Notes under the pieces: model-generated
The model's input: the letters and a program-made list of their open reading frames with translations, nothing else
The model's database searches: none
What the model was told of the DNA's origin: nothing
Shown here: piece by piece, positions 12,172 through 24,790 of the stretch
Position numbering within the stretch: the first letter of the stretch is position 1
How the letters are laid out: every line of letters begins with the position of its first letter
Translations under genes and position numbers: made by a program
Origin: Octopus sinensis
Taxonomy: Eukaryota
DNA: 64,000 nt
Assembly (NCBI RefSeq): GCF_006345805.1
Contig: NC_043011.1
Coordinates: forward strand, 29,710,464 to 29,774,463
Direction: 5' to 3'

Positions 12172-12400
12172 AGCATGGCTTAGTGGTTAGAGTGTTGGGC
12201 TTATGATTGTAAGATTGTGGTTTCGTTTCTTGGACCAAACAACATATGTTCTTGAGCAAAACACTTAATTTCATGTTGCTTCAGTCCACTCAGTTGGCAA
12301 AGTGAGTAACTCTGTGAGGGACTGCTGTCCCATCCAGGTGCCATAGAAACCAGGTAACTGACCTTTATGAGTTGGCATGACCCAACAAGGTAACCTTTAC
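12172..12400 (+). mobile_element. SINE family C (tRNA head plus V-like cttgagcaaaacactt...ccactcag domain)
   Basis: gcatggcttagtggttagag A-box; related to 27758-28078. Confidence 0.7.
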
Positions 12401-12489
12401 CTTTTTTTTTCTCTTTTTTAACCATATCTTGAATGTGACCGGCAATGGCCTTTTCTACAGGAAAATTAAATATATATATATAGATTCAG

Positions 12490-12730
12490 CAGTGAAGAAT
12501 GAGATTTGCTGGTCATTGCATCGGGCACCCAGAAGAACCTGTGTCAGATGGTCTTATGGCAATCAGTTGAAGGAAGAATCAACAAGAGAAGACAACATCT
12601 AACCTATGTGGATAACTTGCTTCAGGATAGAGGAATGGCAAATGTTGATGAATGAAGAACATGCATGGGGTGGGGTGGGGGACCATGATGGATGGCATGC
12701 TCATGTGGAATCATTGAAGCACCCAGGAGA
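12490..12730 (+). mobile_element. Decayed RTE LINE 3' fragment
   Basis: RMRFAGHCIGHPEEPVS ... EGRINKRRQHLTYVDNLLQD, interrupted by frameshifts. Confidence 0.6.
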
Positions 12731-12969
12731 ACAACCAAACAAAGCTAATGTAGATATATCAATAAAGCACAATTTCACAGTGAGATTAAATACATATGGA
12801 TATCATCATCCACATTCACCATCATCAACATAAATTTTACACCTCTATTTCCATGTCTGCAAGAATTAGATAACTCTTCTATAGCACTACTTTGACAACT
12901 ATTGCAGCCCCTTTTCTCCTGATTTATGAGGTTCAGCAATCAAAGATAAGTTCACACAACTTTTTGATT

Positions 12970-13205
12970 ACAGGTAAATTCACCACCATCAATTTACTGC
13001 AGGTTAAGTTCACCATGAGGAAAATTCATCACAAGGAAAGTTTACCGAGAAAATATATCCATAGTAACTCAACATTAATAGTTAAAACTATTTTATTGAA
13101 AACAAAAAATGGGGAATTGATGGGAAAGTTCACTGCCATCAATTCACCGCAGAAATTCCCCATCATCAATTCACCACAGGGAAAGTTCACCATCATAGGT
13201 TAGAC
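12970..13205. repeat. Degenerate ~15-bp minisatellite (ggaaa(a/g)ttcacc-like)
   Basis: Recurrent aaattcacc/aagttcacc/aattcacc units in two clusters. Confidence 0.6.
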
Positions 13206-14446
13206 AGTGGAAAGGATGCTCCTCATCAATGATATTTGTTGTGGTTTATTATATCCAGGAGGGTCCAATTAAATCCAGTTAGACTGAATTTTCTTCAGGT
13301 AAATCCATGATCTTCTCACCTTGATGTACCACTTAACAACTAATTTCAGATCAACAGCAAATTTGACCACAGCAGAACTTGAACTCAGAATGATAAAACA
13401 GATGAAATGTTACTAAGTATTTTGCTTGGTGTGCTAATGATTCTGCTAGATTACTGTCATAGCAAGAAAAAATATTGTAAAGTATTTTTTACTGATATTC
13501 TGATGCCCAGAAAGAACTCAATTATTGGTGTTAAAGGTAATGATGACAACAACAGTGATGGAATTAATGCTGGTGACTGATTGGAGAACTCCACAGGAAG
13601 TCATCTGATTCAACCAGTCTTTAATTCATAAGGTTAATATTAAAACTGGAAAGTTTTTCACACAGCATGTGTTTGGAGTTTAAAGATAATTCAAGTCAAT
13701 AATGTTGCATTTTTTCTTTTTTTGGTTATTCTTTTGTAACTGCATTCCTAATCAAATATTCTGCCTATGCTTTTGAATTGATGTTGAAAAATAATCAAAC
13801 ATTTACAGGAATTTAGTTAAATAACTTTTTCCATTATTAATCGAATGTTTGGAACATATTGCAAGGAACAGGTCCTGCCTAAAATTATGATCACTTTCAT
13901 CTTCTGTATTTTTTCTTTTTCTAATTTAAATGCCAATATTTTAAAATAGGGGCTAGCATACTAGAATTAGGAGTAGTCTCAAGTGGTTTGTTATCACAAC
14001 GGCTAATCTTTGCTGAAATAATTCCAACATTCCAGCAGAGCAAATGATTGTTTTCCTACTTATACAATCATTTTTATGCCAACAGTTTAACCATAATGGG
14101 GAAAAAAATATCTGTGTATATCCCAAAGTATATATTGTCAATTTCTAGGTCTCCTCTTGAGAATAATACCATTTTATCGATTGACTAACATTTATTATTA
14201 AAAGGAAAATAGATACAACTTGAATATTTTGGTGTCATGTCTTTTACATTTCATCTGGAAAAAGAAGGTAAATTAAATAGTGTCCCAATTGTAAGTAATA
14301 GGTTTCTGTCTCAATGGTTCCAGATTTAGGTTTTATGAAACCGAAGATTTTCTGAATGAGTTGGCTTCATGTGAACTTCCTCAATCAATCACCATTATTA
14401 TCATCTTCTCTGTCACTACCATCATTGTTATCACTATCCAGTGAAG

Positions 14447-14670
14447 GTGCATGGCTTAGTGGTTAGAGTATTTGGCTCATGATCATAAGGTCATGAGTTC
14501 AATTCCTGGTGGCACATTGAGTATTTGAGCAAAACGCTTTATTTCACGTTGCACCACTCCACTCAGCTGTCAAAAACAAGTTGTATCTGTATTTCAAAAG
14601 GCCAGCCATGTCACATTCTGTATCATGCTGAATTTCTCTAAGAACTCTGTTAAGGTATGTATGCCTGTGG
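14447..14670 (+). mobile_element. SINE family C
   Basis: gtgcatggcttagtggttagag...gagttcaattcc...tgagcaaaacgcttt. Confidence 0.8.
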
Positions 14671-15334
14671 AATGTTCCTCTTGAGCATCGGAGTATCCAA
14701 CAAAGATTTGCAGTATTTCGTCATTCACTTTTTGTACTGAGATCAAATCCAACTGAGGTCAGCGCTTTGTCTTTCAGCTTTCTTGGTTCCAAAACTTAAA
14801 ATATCAGTCAACTTCTGGGATCAGCATTATTGACTAAACTCATTAAAATTACTGGTGTTGTGTCTAAATTAGAAATAATGTTGATTCGTAGCAAAAAGTG
14901 AAAAATTATTTAATATTTTTGGATTGATAAAACCATTAGCATGTTGTTGCTGTTGTTGAATCTCAAGTCAGCCCCGATGAAGCAAAGTAAGAATCAAAGA
15001 TGTTCCAGCCATGACCATTCCAACTGATGAGAGTTTTCCTCCCTGCTTTTTTTCTGACAAGCATGGGCATAGCTGCTTGGTTCAAAAAATCAATTTCCAA
15101 ACATGTGGTTCACTTTCACTGTGTGACACCTTGGAAAAATGTTTTCCACTACAGCCCTGGGGCCCCCATAACCTTATAAGTGGATTTCAAAGAAGGAAAC
15201 TGAAAAAATCTCTACAAGATGTGCCAGTGGGTCAGTGCCACTGCATACTATCTTGGGACTTTGGGCAACAGTCTTGAAAGTGAATATGTTAGACAAAAAC
15301 TCTATGAAAGCAACTTCATGTATCTGTATATCTT

Positions 15335-15514
15335 TTATCTTTTACTTGTTTCAGTCATAAAACTGCGACCATGCTGCAGCACTGCCTTGAAGAATTCATA
15401 GTCAAATTTATTGAACCCAGTATTCTATTGATCATTTTTGCCAAACTGCTAAGTTACAGGGACATAAACACACCAACACCAGTTGTCAAGCAATGGAGGG
15501 GAGGAGAAACGCAG

Positions 15515-15564
<50 letters not shown>

Positions 15565-15722
15565 GCAATGGGTTTCTTTCAGTTTCTGTCTGCCAAATCC
15601 ACTCACAAGGCTTTGGTCAGCCCAAGGCTATATTAGAAGACACTTGCCCAAGTTGCCACATGGTGGGACTGAACCTGGAACCATGTGGTTAGGAAGCAAG
15701 CTTCTTCCCACAAACACACCTG
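15335..15722 (-). mobile_element. SINE family A
   Basis: Tail-to-head sequence matching 1325-1745. Confidence 0.85.
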
Positions 15723-15777
15723 CATATATATATATGTATTTCAAAAGGCCAGCCTTATCACATTCTGTATTGTGCTG

Positions 15778-15993
15778 GAAGGTGGCAAGCTGGCAGAAAC
15801 GTTAGCATGCCAGGCAAAATGCTTAGTGGTACTTCGTCTGTCTTTGTATTTTGAGTTCAAATTCCACCAAGGTCAACTTTGCCTTTCATCCTTTCAAGGT
15901 CAATAAATTAAGTACCAGTTGCATACTGGGGTCGATCTAATCGACTGGCCCCCCCTCCCTAAAAATTTCAGGCTTGTGCTTAGAGTAAGAAAG
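15778..15993 (+). mobile_element. SINE family B with 16-bp target-site duplication
   Basis: attctgtat(tg/ca)tgctg at 15762-15777 and 15994-16009; inserted into a SINE C remnant. Confidence 0.9.
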
Positions 15994-16339
15994 ATTCTGT
16001 ATCATGCTGAATTTCTCCAAGAACTATGTTGAGGGTATGCATGCCTGAGGAGTGTTCCTCTCAAGCATTGGAGCATCCAACAAAATACTTTACTTTCCAG
16101 TATTTCATCATTCAATTTTTGTATTGAGATCAAATCCATAGAACACAGATGTTAAATGATGATGATATAGTAATAATGATAATAATCCTTGGATGGCATT
16201 TATAAATGTTATAATGCATTGCTACATGCTCCCCCACCCCACACACACTCACACAAGATGGACTACTTCTCTGCATTGTGAGGTCACAGCTCTAATTTGA
16301 ACATGTGATTAGGATGCCACAGGAAAGAATTACAAGAGG

Positions 16340-17002
16340 AATTCTTCAAGCTGAGCCCTTTGGATAAATGAAGAACGAAATGGTTGGATAATATCCATAC
16401 TCTCAACAATACGCCCTTAATTATGGTTTCTGGTTACAAATATCTTGGTTCATACATATCATCATCTGGAAAAGATTTTCTAACTAGAAAGGGTATGGCC
16501 TGGTCAGCCTGTAATGATATGCATAAGATCTGGTCATCAAATCTAAGTAAAGATTTCAAACTTAAAATCTTCAAAGCCACAATCGAAGCAATTCTACTAT
16601 ATGGCTCAGAAACCTGGACGTTATCAAAGAAGCTTGAGAGGCGGTTGGATGGAACTTACACCCGCCTCCTTATGAGAGCTCAAAATCTCTCGTGGAAGCA
16701 CCATCCAACCAAAGTACAAATATATGGGTAACTACCACCTGTATCATCTCTTGTGAAAGGTAGAAGAGTCCAGTTTGCTGGACATTGTTGTAGAGCTGAA
16801 AATGAGGCAATTTCTACTCTTCTCCTCTGGAAGCCATCTACTCGCGATACCAGAGGGCGTACATTCTCCTACCCTGATGTAATCTCCAGGGATACAGGCA
16901 TCCAGCAACAGGACCTCCATAATGCTATGATGGACCATGAAGTCTGGTGTAGCATAGTAAATTCCCTTGTCTCGACCACGATCGAACAATGATGATGATG
17001 AT
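16340..17002 (+). mobile_element. 5'-truncated RTE-clade LINE (RT thumb/C-terminus, one frameshift, (GAT)n tail)
   Basis: ORFs 16384-16731 (YKYLGS...ILLYGSETWTL) and 16753-16992 (RRVQFAGHC) join through a frameshift near 16730; ends gatgatgatgatg. Confidence 0.9.
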
Positions 17003-17859
17003 GGTCACACTTGAGAAATCAGCCAGAAAGTCTAATGATTATTGCTTCTGATAGGAGCTTTTGGAAGAGGTGCTTCAGGACTCTACTCCAAAGTCACTTC
17101 CAGGAATATAGTGGGCAAAGAAGATGAATGGATGAGTGGAAGAATAAGTAAGGGCTGCTAGCAAAGGGAAGATTGTCTGGCTGCACAAAAAAAAAATGGC
17201 AATGCTTTAATAATACGCATTTTCAAGCCTCTTGTCGAATGGAAAAACCAATGTTAAACAAACAAATGTTTATATGACTCATGGAATTGTTGTATATTTA
17301 TAAAACTGCAATGACTCATATGTATGAAGTCAATCTATAAATTATTACTTTAAATAATACATAATCTTTTAGTAAAGCCATTATCATATTTGTAACGCCA
17401 AGCATTAGATCTAGTTATTGCTGGAGGCAATCAATCCAGCCACTACAGACACTGGAAAACTGATGCATTATCATCATCACCACCAGCAGCACCAACAACA
17501 AAACTATAACCATAAGCCAACAGGGAGAGTCACATACATTTTTTCTTCCTTTTATCTGCTGGGCCTGGAGAAAGAGGCAATGCCTATGGCTTTTGCAGGC
17601 CTTCCTTGACTGATAAAATCAATGTTGTTAATGTTCTTTCGGGAACATTTTTAAGTCAACAATTGTGGGGAAGATATGAGCAAGGAGGGAATTCCAGCTG
17701 ATGCTCTGGGAAGAGAAGTATTAGGTACAGTAATTCATGAGGGGCCTTGTATGCATGCATGTATGTATGTATGTATGTATGTATGTATGTATGTATGTAT
17801 GTATGTATGTATGATGTATGTATGTATGTATGTACATACATACATCTTTATAGTCATAA

Positions 17860-18165
17860 AGTGAGACAGATGAGTGACAACCTGGCCACTGGTGGTGGTG
17901 TAACACACCATACTAATCATATCTGTCTGGCATGTGGAAGAGAGTGTAATTCGGCAGGAGGACTTAAATGACATGCAAAGGTACATGAAGCCCAGTTACA
18001 ACTACAGCCGGCTATTACCAGTAAAGGTTTTAGATGCCAATTCTGTTCTAGATACTGTAGATTTTTAGCTGGGCTAAAAAGTCACATTCGATCACAGCAC
18101 CAGTAACAGTTAAGCTTCGTGCAATGGCCATACTCGATAACGAGGGGGCAGCCATAATAATGTAT
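17860..18165 (+). mobile_element. 3' end of an RTE-like LINE with two C2H2 zinc-finger motifs
   Basis: HICLACGRECNSAGGLK*HAKVH ... FRCQFCSRYCRFLAGLKSHIRSQHQ* (17870-18106 in one frame, internal TGA at 17969); 3' UTR tggccatactcgataacgagggggcagccat. Confidence 0.65.
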
Positions 18166-18644
18166 GTTTATATAATGCATACAAAAAATACAGGATAGGT
18201 ATGGTTGGCACACTTTTGTATTAACAAACTACTCATCAAGGATAACTTGGGCCCATGCAACAACAACTTTAACTATAGACAGTGATATTATTTAATTGTG
18301 GGTCAAACCTGATCAAGCAGGTTTGTGTTCAAAGAAGATGTGTTCAAAGAGTCATTAGAGCATTGGTTAAAATTCCTCAGGTCATTTGTTTTGAACTTTC
18401 TGCTCTCTGAGTTCGAATCCCACTGAGATCAATATTACCTTTCATGCTTTGGGAATCAAGAAAAAGATTACAAATCCAGGATGGTGCATTAATACAAGGA
18501 CTGTTCAAGGGTTAAGCAAGGCATCTTGCAGTGTGTGTTCAGATTCTTTGCACTTTGACAGAAATGCCTGTGGTGACACTGGTACCAAGCCATATTGGTT
18601 CTAGCTGGTTGCCTTTTCACATCACTAGATGCCAAAACCCAGCT

Positions 18645-18990
18645 GAAGGCACATGGCTCAGTGGTTAGAGCGTCAGGCTCACAGTCATGAAGTAGTGAGT
18701 TTGATTTACGGATCAGGCTGTGTGTTGTGTTCTTGAGCAAGACACTTTATTTCATGTTGATCCAGTTCACTCAGCTGTAGAAATGAGTTGCGACACTATT
18801 GGTGCAAAACTGTATCAGCCTTTGCCTTTCCCTTGGATAACATTGGTGGCATGGAGAGGGAAGGCTGGTATGCATGGGCCACTACTGGTCTTCCATAAAC
18901 GACCTTGCTGGACTTGTGCCTCAAAGGGTAACTTTCTAGGTGCAGTCCCATGGTCATTCATGACTGAAGGGGATCTTTACCCTTTACCCT
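18645..18990 (+). mobile_element. SINE family C2
   Basis: ggcacatggctcagtggttagag head, ttcttgagcaagacacttt; second copy at 40420-40740. Confidence 0.85.
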
Positions 18991-19264
18991 TTTTGGCTAC
19001 CTTTCAGTGGTATGTAAAGGAGACTTACATGCATGAGTGATTCCTATGCTTCCCTTAGAGAGTCTAATACATACATGGGCAAATTCATGGTCATTGTTGA
19101 TAGATGTAAGCCCTACATGGGCAAAGTCATGGTCATGATTCCCAAAGCATGAAAGGATGTAAGCCCTACATGGTCAAAAATATTCTGGCCAGGCCCATCC
19201 ACCTAATGTTTTTCCTTTATTTTGTCATGTGGATTTCCAGGTTTACATTATCCAGTGAGGTGTA

Positions 19265-19400
19265 GCCCTTCTGATGTGGTGGTGGCTTGTGTGTCCCAAT
19301 GACCCTGAGAGCTATGCTAGTGGACTACAAGCTCCTGATAGGGCTTCCAATGCTAGAAAGGACAGAGGATTGCATAGGACCAGCACTACCACCTAGAAAA
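19265..19400 (+). mobile_element. Possible RTE (Expander/Rex3-like) 5' UTR remnant
   Basis: gtggtggtggcttgtgtgtcccaatgaccctgagagctatgct resembles remembered RTE 5' UTR sequence. Confidence 0.35.
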
Positions 19401-19673
19401 AAAGCAATGTTACAGAAGTAACATTGAGAATTTAAAACCAACACGATCTTAGAGAGGAAGGCTTTCCCTTATAGAAACATATGATATGGTGCAACAAAAG
19501 CCGAAAGAAAGATGCAAGGCCAGCTCCCCTTTTGATTACCAGGAGAAACTCACAAGAAAGGCAAAAGAGAGGGTACCTTAAAAATAGTCGGAGGTGGGAT
19601 ACTGAAGCAGAAATGAAAATGCAGAGATGGAACTGGAAAGTGCCAAGAACAGTAGGGAAAAATTCTCAATGTT

Positions 19674-19977
19674 TTATGCTTTATAGGGAGTAAAGTGCTT
19701 AAGCAAATAGGATAAAGCTTCCTTTTCTAAAACAATAGAATGCTATTACAAAAAGATTTAGCTGGTATTTCTAGCAGGACAAGCTGTCACATAAAGACTT
19801 CATTTATAACGTCAATGATCAATGGCTTATGCTTTATGGGGAGTGAAGTGCTTAAATAAATAATGTAAAGCTTCCTTTTCTTAAACAATAAAATGCGATT
19901 ACAAAAAGATTTATCTGGTATTTCTAGCAGGACAAGTTATCACATAAACACTTTATTTATAACACCAATGATCAATG
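19674..19977. repeat. Direct tandem duplication, ~153-bp unit x2
   Basis: ttatgcttta(t/g)gggagt...caatgatcaatg starts at 19674 and 19827. Confidence 0.9.
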
Positions 19978-20301
19978 CATATTAAGAAACTGTCAGTCAT
20001 GTCATAAGTTATTAATGAAGTAAGAGAATTTGAAAATTTTTTTTTTGACTGATATAGAACAAAATGTCATCAAATTATTTTTGAAACTGTCATCATTATA
20101 ATATTTAAAGAATTTCCTTACTATAGCAGTTGATAAAATCAACAGTTCTGATGGAAAATATTTATATATATTTGTTTATTTGTGTCTGCTTGTATCAATT
20201 GAGACAAGGAGTTTTTGAAGCAAGATTTAGCAATTTATTGCTCTTCGTTTTACAATCCTTTATTTTTTAAAGAGGCCTTTGAAAGCATAGAACAACTTTA
20301 T

Positions 20302-20730
20302 TCTTTTACTTGTTTCAGTCATTTGACTGTGGCCATGCTGGAGCACCACTTTTAGTCGAGCTAATCAACCCCAGGACTTATTCTTTGTAAGCCTAGTACT
20401 TATTCTATTGGTATCTTTTGCCGAACCGCTAAGTTACAGGGGATGTAAACACACCAGCATCGGTTGTCAAGCGATATTGGGGGACAAACACAGACACACA
20501 AACATATACACACACATACATATATATATATGCTTTATCTCTAATTTAATTTTTATATATATATATATATACGATGGGCTTCTTTCAGTTTCCGTCTACC
20601 AAATCCACTCACAAGGCTTTGATCGGCCCAAGGCTAAAGTAGAAGACACTTGCCCAAGGTGCCACACAGTGGGACTGAACCCGGAACCATATGGTTGGTA
20701 AGCAAGCTACTTACCACACAGCCACTCCTA
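20302..20730 (-). mobile_element. SINE family A
   Basis: Full tail-to-head match. Confidence 0.9.
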
Positions 20731-20771
20731 CACCTACAACTGGTTATAAGGACAATAAAAAATACTAATAT

Positions 20772-22065
20772 TGATTTCAAATTTTGGCACAAAGCCAGCA
20801 AATTCAGGAGAGGAGGTAAGTCAATTACATCAACCCCAATATTCCATTGGTACTTGTTTTATCAGCCCTGAAATGATGAAAGACAATGTCAACCATGGCA
20901 GAATTTGAACTCAAGACATAAAATTGAACAAAACACTGTTTAGCATTTTGCCCAGCATGCTAACAATTCTGCCAGCTTGCCTCCTTTCAAATTTTGGCAC
21001 AAAGCCAGCAATTTTGGGGAAGGGGCTAAGGCGATTAGACTGACTTTATGTTCTGCTTTCAAATTCTACTGATGTCGAGTTTGACTTTCATCCTCTTGGT
21101 GGGGTTGATAAAATAAGTACCAGTTAAACACTGGGGTCGATGTAATCAACTTAACCCCTCCTACCCCAAAACTGCTGGCCTTGTGCCAAAATTTGAAGCC
21201 CTTATTATTATTATTAGTGGTAGTAGTAAAAGTTATTGATTTTAGTGGACTTATGCTAATCTGGTCTGCGAGCCTAAAATCACTCGGTCTCCCATCCATA
21301 TGAAAGCCACAGGAGATGTAGAGCAACATTTTGATACATTTAATAGTAGCAAAAGCACCAGCAAATATGGTATGTACATATTTTTTCCTATTCTAGGCAC
21401 AAGGCCCAAAATTTTGGGGATGAGGGCCAGTCAATTAGATTGACTCCAGCAGCAACTGGTACTAAATTTATCGACCCCAAAAGGATGAAAAGCAAAGTTG
21501 ACATCGACGAAATTTGAACTCAGAACGTAAAGACAGACGAAGTACCACTAAGCATTTTGCCTGGCATGCTAACGTTTCTGCCAGCTTGCTGCCTTTATGG
21601 TATGTGCATATTGAATTAAAGACAGGCTTTAATGTGTTATCTTGATAGTAATATATGATCTTTTCTACTAAAGGCACAAGGACTGAAATTTTGGGGGAGG
21701 GGACTAGTGGACTGCATTGACCCTACTGTTCCCCTCATACTTAATTTATCAACTCTGAAAAGATGAAAGTTGACCTTGGGGGTGAATGTGAACTCAGAAC
21801 ATAAAGACAAACAAGATGCTGCTAAGCATTCCATCTGGCATGCTAACAATTCTTTTCTGCTCTAAGCACAAAGCCTGAAATTTTGGGGGAGGAGGCCAGT
21901 CAATTTGATCAACCTCAATATGCAACTGGTACTTAATTTATTGACCCCGAAAGGATGAAAGGCAAAGTCAACCTCAGTGGAATTTGAATTCAGAACCTAA
22001 AGACAGACGAAATACCACTAAGCATTTTGCCCGGTGTGCTAACGTTTCTGCCAGCTCGCTACCTT
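20772..22065. mobile_element. Cluster of ~6 SINE B copies (five minus, one plus)
   Basis: Copies at about 20772-20985(-), 20985-21040(-, tail only), 21040-21200(+), 21388-21595(-), 21660-21850(-), 21855-22065(-). Confidence 0.85.
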
Positions 22066-22140
22066 AGATGGTAATGTATAATACTACAGGTAAATAACCA
22101 ATGAGTATTTCAGAATTTTGTCTTATTATTTCTATTAATC

Positions 22141-22506
22141 TTTTACTTGTTTCAATCATTTGACTGCGGCCATGCTGGAGCACCACCTTTAGTCAACTTA
22201 TTCTTTGTAAGCCTAATACTTATTCTATTAGTCTCTTTTGCCAAACCACTAAGTTCCAGCAAAGTAAACACATCAACATCGGTTGTAAAGCAATGGTGTG
22301 GTGGGAGGCAAACGCAGATACACAAATACATACATACATGTATATATATATATATGACAGGTTTCTTAAAGTTTCTGTCTACCAAATCTACTCACAATAC
22401 TCTGGTCAGCCTGAGGCTAAAGTTGAAGACTCTTACCCAAAGTGCCATGTAGTGGGACTGAACCTGGAACCATGTGGTTGGCAAGCAAGCTTCTTACCAC
22501 ACAGCC
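22141..22506 (-). mobile_element. SINE family A
   Basis: Tail-to-head match with an internal deletion. Confidence 0.85.
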
Positions 22507-23329
22507 AATTAATTATTTTTATATTTATATTTATAATCATATTTTTATTATATTACTATCTAATATTTACCTGTAGTACTAGATAGTAATATATAATATT
22601 ACAGGTAAATAACTGGTGTAAATAAGTGATAGGTATTCCAACTGATGTGTCATTTCACCTGTTGTTGGAGCCCTATGGTTGAACAAAGATTTTGGCTCTA
22701 TTGTACCATGCTAATCTATTACGTGTAGGGCACAGGTTGGCTGTTGATTAAATCAGCCTCATTATATCATTCATACTTTTTTTTATCAACCCTGGAAAGA
22801 TGGAAAACAATGTTTATCTCAGTGAAATTTGAACTTAAAATTGCAAAAAGCCAGAACAAATACTATAAATTATTTTGTCTAATGCTCAAAGAATCCCGCC
22901 CATTCACTGTCCTTTTTTGTAATGATAAATAATTACATAAATTTTGAATTCTGCAGAATTATAGTTTAAATTAGTCTAAATTGAATTTAACTTCAGAACT
23001 GCAAGCTACAAGACACACTAATAACTCCAACAGTTCTCAAAGTGAGAATAATTTAGTTTTATTATTTGATAACACTAGCCATCACTTATTTTCTTAGCTT
23101 CTCCTGTTTTTCTTTGCTAATAACCCTGCTTGGATGTTATCCAATCATCAGCCTGCTATCATGTCTTACATTAATGTATGATTATTGCTAGACATATTTT
23201 TCTTGTATCACAATAAAAAAAAGTGTTGTTGCCACAAATTTATCAATCTTTATAACTATTTGATTGAGGTAAATTTGACTGGAAGAGATGGACTGAATTT
23301 GAGCAACAATAACTGAAGGAATGTGTGCA

Positions 23330-23480
23330 TTGCAGAAGTTCAAGGAATTGAATGGTGTACTACATTAATGAAGGAAGTATTGCTAAAACTGGAAAGGGAA
23401 AGAATATATTACTTGTTTGAAGAATACTCTGATTGAAGGGAGTGAGACATGGGTAATGAATGTGAACTGCAGAGAATCAT
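23330..23480 (+). mobile_element. Highly decayed RTE LINE fragment
   Basis: ctgattgaagggagtgagacatgggtaatgaatgtg translates as LIEGSETWVMNV (GSETW motif). Confidence 0.4.
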
Positions 23481-24087
23481 GAGAGTTGATCCAGCAGTGA
23501 ATACTGGAAAGAGAAATGGAATGATATAGTTGAGTCATATTCATTTCTCTATGTCCCTGTAACTTAGCAGTTCAGCAAAAATAACCCACAGAATAAGTAC
23601 CAGACATAGAGAAATATATACTGGGAAATATATACTGTTTGACTAAACTCTTGAAGGAGGTACCCCATTATGGCTGCAATTCAGTGAGTGAAAGAAACAA
23701 AAATACATGATGCAAAATTATATACATGTATGCATTTGTGCATGCACACATGCTGCATGTCACTGACACCTCATCAGCTATGATGACAAATGTTTCAATT
23801 GGTCCAATCAAAGGAACAGACTGCTCTTGAAATTAATGTGCAAGTGGCTGAGCACTCCACAAACATGTGTACCCTTAATGTAATTCTCAGGGAGATTCAG
23901 TACGATACTCTGAATGTGACAAGGCCCAGGGAAGCAAGACATTCATAATATGGCTGATGCAATTAAAAACTTGCTTGATGCATTTAAATACTTAATCTAA
24001 TATTCAGTAGACATGCCTTGTGCACAACGCATTAACAGGTTTAACCCTTTAGCATTCAGTTTACTCTGTTAAATGTAATGCTTGTTT

Positions 24088-24281
24088 ACTCTTTACTCTT
24101 TTACTTGTTTCAGTCATTTGACTGTGGCCATGCTGGAGCAAATCGACCCCAGGACTTATACTTTGTAAGCCTAGTACTTATTCTATTGGTCTCTTTTACC
24201 GAACTGCTAAGTTACAGGGATGTAAACACACCAGCATCGGTTGACAAGCAATGTTGGGGTGACAAACACAGATACACAAAC

Positions 24282-24328
<47 letters not shown>

Positions 24329-24790
24329 CACACACACACACACATACAACGAGCTTCTTTCAGTTTCCATCTACCAAATCCACTCACAAGGCTTTGGTCA
24401 GCCCGTGGCTGTGTGGTAAGTAGCTTGCTTACCAACCACATAGTTCCAAGTTGAATCCCACTGCCTGACACCTTGGGTAAGTGTCTTCTACTATAACCTT
24501 GGGCTGACCAAAGCCTTGTGAGTGGATTTGGTAGACGGAAACTGAAAGAAGCCCGTCGTATATATGTATACATAGTTGTGTGTATCTGTGTTTGTCCCCC
24601 CAATATTGCTTGACAACCGATGCTGGTGTGTTTATATCCTTGTAACTTAGCAGTTCGGCAAAAGAGACTGATAGAATAAGTACTAGGCTTACAAAGAATA
24701 AGTCCAGGGGTCGATTTGCTCGACTAAAGGCGGTGCTCCAGCATGGCCACAGTCAAATGACTGAAACAAGTAAAAGAGTAAAAGAGTAAA
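24088..24790. mobile_element. Head-to-head SINE A pair (24088-24402 minus, head-truncated; 24403-24790 plus)
   Basis: Junction ctttggtcagccc|gtggctgtgtggtaagtagc. Confidence 0.9.

Noticed and set aside
13950-14050. Possible + strand exon GASILELGVVSSGLLSQRLIFAEIIPTFQQSK*
   Set aside because: No homology recognised and no supporting neighbouring exons.
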